A DNA stretch of 64,000 nucleotides from an uncultured delta proteobacterium. Lineage in GTDB: Bacteria; Desulfobacterota; RBG-13-43-22. The notes under the pieces are model-generated. The model worked only from the letters and a program-made list of their open reading frames with translations, did no database searches and was not told the DNA's origin. Where the stretch lies: positions 256,001 through 320,000 of the forward strand of contig CAVQFQ010000021.1 of the NCBI GenBank assembly GCA_963711835.1, written 5' to 3'. Shown here in pieces: positions 29,601-37,020 of this stretch (position 1 is the stretch's first letter; the number at the start of each line of letters is the position of its first letter). The position numbers were made by a program, and so were the translations under genes.

Positions 29601-29970
29601 ACATTATCTCAAGGCTGAAAGGCTCTATCAAGACGATTTCTTGGTGGAGAATCTCTATGAGGATTGGTCTTATATTGAACGGGAACAGTTAAAAAATCAA
29701 TATGTCCATGCCCTCGCCAGAATTCTTAACAATCACGAGGAGCAGCATAACTTCGCAGCGATAATCAACACCTGTTACAAGATTATTAAAGTGGATCCTT
29801 ATCAGGAAGATATTTTTAGAAAGCTGATGCTCTATCATTTCAAATTAGGAAATCATAAAGAAGTTCGCTCGGTTTTCGAATTCTGCCGTAAAAATATCGA
29901 GAATGATCTGGGAGCAGCCTTATCTCCTGAGACAAAAGAAATTTATCGAAAATTATCCGCTTCTTCTTGA
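26671..29970 (+). CDS. Large MalT-like ATPase-TPR regulator with C-terminal SARP/BTAD domain
   Basis: QAGSGKTT, KTEGWITG, YRYHPLMREFL, SLGPF.I, ELLWP, YQDDFL...DW. Confidence 0.85.
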   Translation: MIKDMKDLLGQKADPMGSKNIVRRERLECQIRENLDKKLILITSQAGSGKTTLISSVLESVKVPHIFYSFDTSDKEIPSFLYHFFSKIKASSPGFAKNFEKKLISDKGQIGPPTLLASLFVNELKQHFTKEKRLIIVLDNYEAVNSSLIINQFLEYIFKKMPPPVTFILSSSQSPNIRLPKHGSNGETYQINSSDLAFHLDEIGELFSRIYYLDLSHEELEFIYKKTEGWITGLILLVQFLKMNEGSPIEDLLKGVNGYGKAISQFLMEHVFQNQPKHVQEFLSKTALLNDLTSDLCDLALQVKYSAKLLENLVKHNLFTFQINSSYYRYHPLMREFLLKKLYENYVQEEIEAFQARLGEILTPIDPENAAYHFISAKCFPKATALLRSIGEKMLRKWRFGNFGELLKAIPFSLIEEDPVLLYFSGRIAEIKGESDRAFESYEKAFHLFKKRKEVSSEISSLNRMAVIHIRQDKYKDAKDLLQDRIQYLENQGIKNDIALKLFNSYTNLSQVLIKLEEREKAVSYLQKAELLYEVHLDSHHQVTLTQSQALRCLVEGDLVEGIELAKKGESLSLELNLPTKINIFNHYLAFGHLHLGHFSEGLNYAKRGLELARQYGIEDNITGSLFSDLGQVQYAFSNYDQAIKALENSIAIFKKGQNICGGFWSNHGLYHIALKLGDIEGAKGYLKALVHLAHLMGLPLEIGVGMIDQAYFSSLKGEEGVLALIERGEGYLRHSIKRMSIFLAHLIAAKAYFNLGEEKRAEDLLLDSLKLIEGENYYLYGIHQEKSWLPSFLQRFTLIIPQCERLLAEYQNRIIRAFETIKENGRDQEDIYRMEKGNGELLNLRIYSLGPFRIFIGDEEIPLSQCKSKKGITLLRYLFFARHKGPTPKDVLLELLWPESPPAPADLNFRVTLSLLRKTLSLNHNGRSDFPNLLRKEGGYQLLLGKEGWSDLDEFNNQINLAHYKEKKQNGEEAFQHYLKAERLYQDDFLVENLYEDWSYIEREQLKNQYVHALARILNNHEEQHNFAAIINTCYKIIKVDPYQEDIFRKLMLYHFKLGNHKEVRSVFEFCRKNIENDLGAALSPETKEIYRKLSASS

Positions 29971-30274
29971 GCCCCTCAACAGTCTTGTTCAAACTAAGTT
30001 TTTGGTACTTCCCCTAATCGACGGAATACAATTGGTGGGTATTTTAATTTGTCTTTGCAGGTTCTCTCGAAAGGGGAAACGGTTCTTAAGAACACGGGTA
30101 CCAGGGACGGACAATAAAATGGTCCCTCCGGTACAAATCGTCGCCGCTGATAATATAAAGAATGATCTTGGCAAATTGAAAATTGAAATTTCAATCAGCC
30201 ACATTACCATTTACCTACTCCTAATTATAGGGAAGGGAGGATATGCAGATATGGGTAAAAAAAGATTTTCTCCA

Positions 30275-31072
30275 TCAAGGGAGATTCTTGTTGAAAACCG
30301 GTTTCCTTTTACTTAAAAAGGCCTCTACTCCCTCCTGAAAATCCTCCGACAGGACGGTCAGGGCGAATTGATCCAGATCCATGTGGCCCACGGCTTGATT
30401 GGCGGCAACCAGGGCATTAACGGTCTGCTTGGTCATGAAGACCGGGGCCTGGGGTTTCGCAGCAATTCTTTGGGCGATTTCTTGAGCCCTTGCTTCGGCT
30501 TGGCTTGGAAGGGCTGTCCATTGGGCAAACCCGTAACGGACGGCCTCGGTACATCCCACCTTATTCGCCAGGATCACCCACTCCTTGGCTTTGGCCGGTC
30601 CTACCAAATTAACCAGCCGGGGCAGAGAGCCCCAACTATAGTTCATGGCCAGATCAATTTCGGGAATGCGGATAAAGGCGTTTTCAGCCATGACCCGGAA
30701 ATCGCAGGCCAGGACCAGGGAAACGGCTCCACCGATACAAAACCCTTCCAAAGCGGCGATGGTCACCTGGGGGATTTCTTCCCAGGCCCGGCACAGGCGG
30801 GGCCCTATTTCGAGCAGGCGGCGACGGACCGAAAAGGGTTGGGTGAGGATTGACGCCGTCTCGGGATCCTTCAGGTCAAAGCCGGCGCTGAAAAAATGGT
30901 TGCCGCCGCTTAAAACCACAGCGATCAAAGAATAATCCTCCCGGATCTCGGCTGCCACCTGGGTCAGTTCTTTCATTAACCCGGCGGACAAGGCATTGCG
31001 TTCATCGGGCCTGTTGATTCTCACGGTCAAGACCCGGCCTCGTTTTTCAAGTATGAGAAATTGATAATCCAT
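30275..31072 (-). CDS. Enoyl-CoA hydratase/isomerase family
   Basis: INRP..RNAL, FSAGFDL, GFCIGG, PE, EDFQEGV.AF..KR.P. Confidence 0.92.
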   Translation of the reverse strand: MDYQFLILEKRGRVLTVRINRPDERNALSAGLMKELTQVAAEIREDYSLIAVVLSGGNHFFSAGFDLKDPETASILTQPFSVRRRLLEIGPRLCRAWEEIPQVTIAALEGFCIGGAVSLVLACDFRVMAENAFIRIPEIDLAMNYSWGSLPRLVNLVGPAKAKEWVILANKVGCTEAVRYGFAQWTALPSQAEARAQEIAQRIAAKPQAPVFMTKQTVNALVAANQAVGHMDLDQFALTVLSEDFQEGVEAFLSKRKPVFNKNLP

Positions 31073-31075
31073 TTT

Positions 31076-31333
31076 TTAGGGTGTGATCTTGACCACCTGG
31101 TCATTTTCCCGGACCCGGTCCGGAACCTTGATGCCGATGAAATCACCGGGGCGGGCCTCGGTAATGGCCTGATTGTCCTTTTGCAGGCTGTCAACCTTGA
31201 CTTCGAGCTGAGTGGAATGACCCTGAAAACGCAGGGTATCCCCAAGGGAAATCGAACCCTGAGTCACTTCCACGGCAGCCACCCCAACCTTGGAAAAATA
31301 CCTTTTGACAACCCCAACGGTTTCCGTGGCCAT
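31076..31333 (-). CDS. Small translation-elongation-factor-like (U32 C-terminal-like) beta-barrel protein
   Basis: VG.V..YFSKVGVA...GIKVPDRVRE.D.V; GGAGG RBS. Confidence 0.7.
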   Translation of the reverse strand: MATETVGVVKRYFSKVGVAAVEVTQGSISLGDTLRFQGHSTQLEVKVDSLQKDNQAITEARPGDFIGIKVPDRVRENDQVVKITP

Positions 31334-31518
31334 GGTCAGACCTCCTGTTCAAGTTTTTTAATTCCTTGAGAGATTCAAATATAAAGTATTTTAAATAATC
31401 TAAAGGACCTAAGTCAAGTAAGGTTTCAATATATTTTTTTGAAGCGGTAACCCAAAATTCGATATCCCTTCCTTTCTTCCTGTACTATTGTTTTCGATGA
31501 GCTACTTCACCATGCGAG

Positions 31519-31539
31519 ATTGCAAACGCAAATCTTCAA
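31519..31539 (+). repeat. Left 21-bp direct repeat of islet
   Basis: ATTGCAAACGCAAATCTTCAA, 20/21 identical to 34237-34257. Confidence 0.7.
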
Positions 31540-31783
31540 TCATTGTTGTTTGGCGGACCTAATGACTTATAGGGAGAAGGCGGAAATTTGGCGGACAGTT
31601 CCTATTTTACAAGGGATATCAGCAAGTTTCTTCCCATACGGTTGTTTTTGAATTCTGTACAGGGTGGAAAGGAAGCACGCTTAGCCATATTGCCATTTTT
31701 AACCTTTTTCGTTATTTAAGGGTCTATAATAGAAAAAAGGATTGGACCACCTACCCGATCCGGACTATCCGGGAGATGAAAAT

Positions 31784-32593
31784 ATGAAAAAGCTCATTAG
31801 TTTGTTAAGCATCCTTTTTATTTTAGCCATATTAGGGCCGCCTAACCAGGCAGAGGCTGCTCGTGGGAGTGGAGGGCCTGGTATCTCTGGTGGACACGGA
31901 GGGTCTGGGCGTGATGGGTCCGGTGGAGATGGCGTATATAGAGGGAGTGGCAGGCCAGGCGATCAAAGTAGAGACGGTGCACGTGGCGTATATAGAGGGA
32001 GTGGCAGGCCAGGCGATCAAGGTAGAGACGGTGCACGTGGCGTATATAGAGGGAGTGGCAGGCCAGGCGATCAAAGTAGAGACGGTGCACGTGGCGTATA
32101 TAGAGGGAGTGGCAGGCCAGGTGATCAAAGTAGATACGGTGCACGTGGCGGGTATAGAGGACATTATGGGTATCCTGGGCATGGCGGATATCGTTGGTAT
32201 GGTGGGTATGGAGGTTTTTTCCCCGGATTGTTTATCGGCGGTGTCTTAGGCTGGAGCTTGTGGCCGGCTTACTATTACCCTCCGGTATATGATTATCCTC
32301 CCCCGCCTCCGCCGGATTACTATTACCCACCACCGCCCGAAGGGAGTCAGGCGCCACCGTCGGAAAGCCAAGGGTCGGGTGGTCAGATGTTCATCTACCC
32401 CCGCCAGGGCCAAAGTGAAGAGCAACAGTCAAAGGATTTTAACGAATGCAACAACTGGGCTGTTGGTCAGATAGGCTTCGATCCGGCAAAGCCGCCCGAT
32501 GGAGCACCCGATGCTCAGACCATGCAAAAAAGCGAGGACTATTTACGGGCGATAAGTGCCTGCCTCGATGCCCGGGGGTATACCCTAAAATAG
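31784..32593 (+). CDS. Secreted Gly/Arg/Tyr/Pro-rich protein with C-terminal IYPxxGQS...EC domain
   Basis: Signal peptide ending AEA; 18-aa tandem repeats; GGAG RBS. Confidence 0.8.
   Translation: MKKLISLLSILFILAILGPPNQAEAARGSGGPGISGGHGGSGRDGSGGDGVYRGSGRPGDQSRDGARGVYRGSGRPGDQGRDGARGVYRGSGRPGDQSRDGARGVYRGSGRPGDQSRYGARGGYRGHYGYPGHGGYRWYGGYGGFFPGLFIGGVLGWSLWPAYYYPPVYDYPPPPPPDYYYPPPPEGSQAPPSESQGSGGQMFIYPRQGQSEEQQSKDFNECNNWAVGQIGFDPAKPPDGAPDAQTMQKSEDYLRAISACLDARGYTLK
31931..32146 (+). repeat. Coding tandem repeat, 4 x 54 bp (GVYRGSGRPGDQSRDGAR)
   Basis: Units start at 31931, 31985, 32039, 32093. Confidence 0.95.
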
Positions 32594-32758
32594 CAAGAAA
32601 TGGCCATACCGGGCTGTCCGGAATGCACCTCCTATATAGAAAAACTTCCTGCCCGGTTGACCGTCACATAGATTTTTTCAGATAAAAATGTAACAGTTGG
32701 TGCCGATCACAGTGGTCTGTATGCGGTCGGTTGAATGATAAATAAAGGAGGCAATCCG

Positions 32759-33544
32759 ATGAAGAAGTTAATTTTTAAAATATTGTTTTTGACATTGGTA
32801 ATTGTCGTTCCTATTCCAACGATGGCAAGGGTAGATGTAAACATCAGTATTGGTCTGCCGCCGCCCATCGTATTTGCCGCACCACCAGAGGTGATAGTGA
32901 TACCTGGGACGTATGTCTACGTTGTACCTGACATTGATGTAGACCTCTTTTTCTGGAATGGTTGGTGGTGGCGTCTATGGGAAGGTCGTTGGTATCGCTC
33001 ACATTATTATAACCGGGGCTGGGGTTATTATAACGATGTTCCAAGTTTTTATTTTGATGTAGACCCAGGTTGGAGAGGATACTACAGAGACCATAATTGG
33101 TACGGGCACCGGTGGAACTATGAACGGATTCCTTACCAACGACTTCAACAGAACTGGAAGAGCTGGCATAATGATCGACATTGGGAAAGGCAAGGAACTT
33201 GGGGCGTCCAGAGCTATCAACCTCGACCACAACAACAGAGACAGGAACTAAGACAACAAAGGCAACAGCAATATCAACAGAGGCCTGAGGTTCAGCAACA
33301 TCAGCAACAGAGACAACAGCAACAAAGACAACCTCAGGTTCAGCAGCCAAGACAACAACCTCAGGAGAGAGTTCAGCAGCCGCAAAGACAAGAGCAAAGA
33401 CCTCAGGTTCAGCAGCCAAGACAAGAACCTCAGGAGAGAGTTCAGCAGCCGCAAAGACAAGAGCAAAGACCTCAGGTTCAGCAACCACAACATTCTCAGC
33501 CTCAAGGAAAACCTGAAAGAGGGGAGGTAGAACATAAAAAGTAG
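32759..33544 (+). CDS. Secreted protein with Trp/Tyr-rich domain and Gln-rich tail
   Basis: AAAGGAGG RBS, signal peptide, VNISIGLPPP..FAAPP motif. Confidence 0.8.
   Translation: MKKLIFKILFLTLVIVVPIPTMARVDVNISIGLPPPIVFAAPPEVIVIPGTYVYVVPDIDVDLFFWNGWWWRLWEGRWYRSHYYNRGWGYYNDVPSFYFDVDPGWRGYYRDHNWYGHRWNYERIPYQRLQQNWKSWHNDRHWERQGTWGVQSYQPRPQQQRQELRQQRQQQYQQRPEVQQHQQQRQQQQRQPQVQQPRQQPQERVQQPQRQEQRPQVQQPRQEPQERVQQPQRQEQRPQVQQPQHSQPQGKPERGEVEHKK
33332..33484 (+). repeat. Coding tandem repeat, ~2.2 x 69 bp (Q/P/R-rich)
   Basis: CCTCAGGTTCAGCA at 33332, 33401, 33470. Confidence 0.9.
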
Positions 33545-33754
33545 GATGACAAAAAGTTAAAAAAAGTTGCCCTCTATAATAACTGTCGGTTAGAACAAGA
33601 AAACCATAATCGCCGACATTCAGGCTTATTTTGGAATGAAGGGTAGTAGGATGTAGAAAGAATAATCAAGGGGGACAAGGCGCAACTGCCTTTTTTGTAG
33701 ACTCGGGATTACGCTAGTGCAGAAATTAGAATAAAAAGATATTAGGAGATAAGT

Positions 33755-34036
33755 ATGGATGAAATATTTACAAAAAAAGTGCGGGCTGCGGCAGTGGCTG
33801 GATGGTGGACTTTGTTAATCGCCTTTTGTATCCTGCTGATTCAATGGCTTGCTTATTTGCTGATTATGACCAAGCAGCCGACAGGAATACTTTGCTTCTG
33901 GGGTGAAGGCGTTACCTGGCCGGAAATTCGTACTATCTGGCTGTGGGCAATGGTGGCATATAAGTTCGGCGTCGCAATGATGATATTTGTCGTCATCTGG
34001 CTGACACTTTGGGCAAGACAACTGGCAAAAAAATAG
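33755..34036 (+). CDS. Small 2-TM hypothetical membrane protein
   Basis: AGGAG RBS; two hydrophobic helices. Confidence 0.7.
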   Translation: MDEIFTKKVRAAAVAGWWTLLIAFCILLIQWLAYLLIMTKQPTGILCFWGEGVTWPEIRTIWLWAMVAYKFGVAMMIFVVIWLTLWARQLAKK

Positions 34037-34172
34037 AATTGACAGTTGCGGCTAACTATCTGCTTTCAGCAAGCACTTCTTAGTTGGAAAAGATGAAAAA
34101 CTTGTTCGGATATCTTACAGTATGAATTGGAAGGTAATTAATATTTATCACCGGGGTTTCGATGAGAAGAAA

Positions 34173-34229
34173 TGCTAACCAAGGCATCCACCGGACGGCT
34201 TTCAGCCGCCGCTGATCCGCACGTTGCAA
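34173..34229 (+). mobile_element. Integron attC-like site
   Basis: TGCTAAC-caaggc-ATCCACCGGACGGC-tttca-GCCGCCGCTGAT-ccgcac-GTTGCAA. Confidence 0.6.
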
Positions 34230-34236
34230 ATCAATT

Positions 34237-34257
34237 ATTGCAAACGCAAATCATCAA
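34237..34257 (+). repeat. Right 21-bp direct repeat of islet
   Basis: ATTGCAAACGCAAATCATCAA. Confidence 0.7.
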
Positions 34258-34352
34258 AATATTCTATCACCATACTTGTTGCTTTGTAGGTGAACTGAAC
34301 AGGGCAGAGCAAGTCTCAGGAAATTCGCCTTTCGGTGATGGTCCGGGATGAA

Positions 34353-34396
34353 AATAAGAAAGGGGTTTGAAAACGTTTTCAAACCCCTTTCTTATT
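34353..34396. terminator. Perfect 44-bp palindrome, probable terminator
   Basis: AATAAGAAAGGGGTTTGAAAAC|GTTTTCAAACCCCTTTCTTATT just after the stop at 34421. Confidence 0.7.
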
Positions 34397-34420
34397 GATC
34401 TCACTGTAGGCGGGCAGGTT

Positions 34421-36004
34421 TTAGCCTTGATCGCTCCATTTGCCGTATTTTTCCCTCAATATCCTGTGCAGGATCTTGCCGGTGCCGGTTCTGGGCATCT
34501 CGGCATCGCCGATAAAGTCGATGGTCTTGGGCTTTTTAAACCCGGCGATTTTATCCTTGCAATAATCCATAAGTTCCTTGGCCAGTTCCGGGGTTCCTTT
34601 ATATCCTTCGTGCAGGATGACAATGGCCTTGATGGCCTCTCCCCATTTTTTATCCGGAATGCCGATGACGGCCACGTCCTTAACCGCCGGATGGCCGCCG
34701 ACCACATTTTCTATCTCGGAAGGATAGACATTCTCTCCCCCGGTGATAATCATATTAGCCTTGCGGTCCACCAGGACATAATAGCCCTCTTCATCCCGGC
34801 GGACCATGTCCCCGGCGGTTGACCAGCCGTTGTCAAAGGCCTCTTTGGTTTTTTCCGGGTCTTTCCAGTATTCGGTAAAGAGATGGGGGGTCCGGTAAAA
34901 GAGTTCCCCGACCTCGCCTTCCGGTACCGGCTGCCGATTTTCATCCAGGATCCGGATCCGGTCGGTCCCGAAGATCTCACGGCCGATGGAACCCAGTTTT
35001 TTGAATTGATCCTCCGGCCGGAGCAGGGTCACCAGGCCCCCTTCCGTGGAACCGTAGGCCTCCCAGAGTTCGGCATTTTTAAAATAGTCCATAATGGCCA
35101 ATTTGAGGTCCTTGCGGGCCGGGGCGGAAGAAATCAGGAGCTGGCGAATGGAGGAAACGTCCAGGCTTTTTTTGATCTCATCGGGCAGGGCCAGGATCAT
35201 GATGTAATGGGTCGGAACCAGAGAGGTAAAGGTAATTTTATATTGGTCGATGGTTTGCAGGAGATCTTCCGGATCGAAGGAAACCATATTGTACACGAAT
35301 ACCGGCGCCGTTACCAGGGTATAGGGGAAAGAGTAGAAAATGGAATTGACATGGCACATGGGCATGACCAGCATGACTTTGTCCGTTGGCCGGACCCCCA
35401 TGTTGACGTTATTAAGATAGTACATGGACATATTGCTCTCGTGAGACCGGACCACCCCCTTGGGTCGGCCGGTCGTGCCGGAGGTATACATGAATACCCA
35501 GGGGTCGGCGGCATCCACCAGATAGTCCTGTTCTTCCGGAGAGGATTGGGCCAGCCAGTCTTCATAACCGATGTACCCATCCGGCGCCGGTCCATCTCCC
35601 AGGAAAATATAGGCGTTCTTGGGAACCGGCAGCTTGTCCTTGATTCCGTCGATCATTTTCACAAAAGGCTCCTCAACAATGAAGGCCTGGCAACCGGCGT
35701 GGTTGACGATGTATTCGATATCGGGCGCCGCCAGGCGGAACATGAGGGGAACGGCAATCTGGCCTCCTTTGGCCGCCCCGGCGTAAATATCCATCCACTC
35801 GCCCCGGTTATAGGCCAGGACGGCAAAACGATCCTTATCATTGACACCCAGCTTGCGAAGCCCATTGGCCAGGCGGCAGGAGCGTTCATTCCATTCTTTA
35901 AAAGTAAATTCCTTTGACTTGTCCTGCCAGCCCAGTTTATCCGGATAGTTGGCGGCGTTCATTTTAAGAATCGTTCCCATATGGATCCATCGGCTTTTTA
36001 ACAT
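34421..36004 (-). CDS. Acyl-CoA ligase (AMP-binding)
   Basis: YTSGTTGRPKG, YGSTE, TAGD, IITGGENVYP, RTGTGK; AGGAGG RBS. Confidence 0.93.
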   Translation of the reverse strand: MLKSRWIHMGTILKMNAANYPDKLGWQDKSKEFTFKEWNERSCRLANGLRKLGVNDKDRFAVLAYNRGEWMDIYAGAAKGGQIAVPLMFRLAAPDIEYIVNHAGCQAFIVEEPFVKMIDGIKDKLPVPKNAYIFLGDGPAPDGYIGYEDWLAQSSPEEQDYLVDAADPWVFMYTSGTTGRPKGVVRSHESNMSMYYLNNVNMGVRPTDKVMLVMPMCHVNSIFYSFPYTLVTAPVFVYNMVSFDPEDLLQTIDQYKITFTSLVPTHYIMILALPDEIKKSLDVSSIRQLLISSAPARKDLKLAIMDYFKNAELWEAYGSTEGGLVTLLRPEDQFKKLGSIGREIFGTDRIRILDENRQPVPEGEVGELFYRTPHLFTEYWKDPEKTKEAFDNGWSTAGDMVRRDEEGYYVLVDRKANMIITGGENVYPSEIENVVGGHPAVKDVAVIGIPDKKWGEAIKAIVILHEGYKGTPELAKELMDYCKDKIAGFKKPKTIDFIGDAEMPRTGTGKILHRILREKYGKWSDQG

Positions 36005-36043
36005 GTCCCTTTCCTCCTGTATCATTTTATTGTTTGGCCAAAA

Positions 36044-36883
36044 TCAAAATGTCGAATTACGGAAATCTGAAACAGATTCAAATGACCCAATATCAGAATT
36101 CGAAACGGTTTCAATACGCCCCTCCACCGCAAACAGGGCCGCCCCAAGGGCGCCGGTCAGTTGGGGGCGATCCGGCACCAGGACCGGCCGTTGAAGCCGT
36201 TCCTCAACCATGGTCACCAGATAGGGATTATAAGCCACCACACCTCCGGTCATAACCACCCCTTCCCCCAACAAGCCCATTTCCAGGACCCGCTTGACTA
36301 CCGATAAAAACAGCCCTTTAACGATATCAGGGACCTTTTTGCCCTGGCGTATTTTTTCAAGGACTTCGGTGGCCGTGAAAACCGTGCAGAAACTCCCCAG
36401 CTCTACGGCCTCCTGAGATTGCCGGGCCAAGCCGTCCAGATCCTCTAAAGGGATATTCAGCCGCAAGGCCATCTCTTCCAGGAAGGCCCCCGTTCCGGCG
36501 GCACACTTTCGGTTCATCTTGAAGTTGAGGCGGCGCCCATTCGCATCCAACTGGATTATTTTATTATCCTGCCCTCCAATATCTATAATGGTGATGGCCC
36601 TGGGGAAATGAAAATAACATCCCTTGGCATGACAACTGATCTCCGTTTTGTCGCCGTTGGCGAAGAGGACATTTTTTCGCCCATACCCGGTGGAGATGGT
36701 TTGAATCCCCTGCGGGTCTCTTTTCAATTCAGCCTGTTCCAAGGCCTGGAGCAGACAGGCTTCGGCGACCGCAGAAAAATCAGTTCCTGAACGTTGGACC
36801 GCCCAGCCCAAGAGGTTTTTCTCTTGGTCAAGAAGCATCACTTTGGTCGTGGACGACCCGACATCGACACCGGCAAAAATCAC
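36044..36883 (-). CDS. 2-hydroxyacyl-CoA dehydratase activase (HgdC/BcrD-like ATPase)
   Basis: GVDVGSSTTK, TGYGR, DIGGQD.K, MNRKCAAGTG, CTVF. Confidence 0.92.
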   Translation of the reverse strand: MIFAGVDVGSSTTKVMLLDQEKNLLGWAVQRSGTDFSAVAEACLLQALEQAELKRDPQGIQTISTGYGRKNVLFANGDKTEISCHAKGCYFHFPRAITIIDIGGQDNKIIQLDANGRRLNFKMNRKCAAGTGAFLEEMALRLNIPLEDLDGLARQSQEAVELGSFCTVFTATEVLEKIRQGKKVPDIVKGLFLSVVKRVLEMGLLGEGVVMTGGVVAYNPYLVTMVEERLQRPVLVPDRPQLTGALGAALFAVEGRIETVSNSDIGSFESVSDFRNSTF

Positions 36884-37020
36884 AAAAATCCTCGTTAATA
36901 CCGCTTAGGTTAGAGGCCAGAGGCTTGAGGCGAAAATTCGGTACCTTTCATTTGAATTCCCGCATCTATTCTTCCCGGTTTACCGCTTTGCGCTTTGCCC
37001 TACAACCTTCAAACGTCGTT

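Noticed and set aside
29903-30316. Small ORFs at the island right edge
   Set aside because: Overlapping candidates without recognisable motifs; cannot support any.
31931-32146. Possible CRISPR array
   Set aside because: Contiguous 54-bp units with no unique spacers, in frame within a CDS, and no cas genes in the window.
32844-33535. Antisense ORFs over the Gln-rich gene, and other long shadow ORFs such as 34883-35917 and 39484-40305
   Set aside because: By-products of repeat structure or codon bias opposite well-supported genes.
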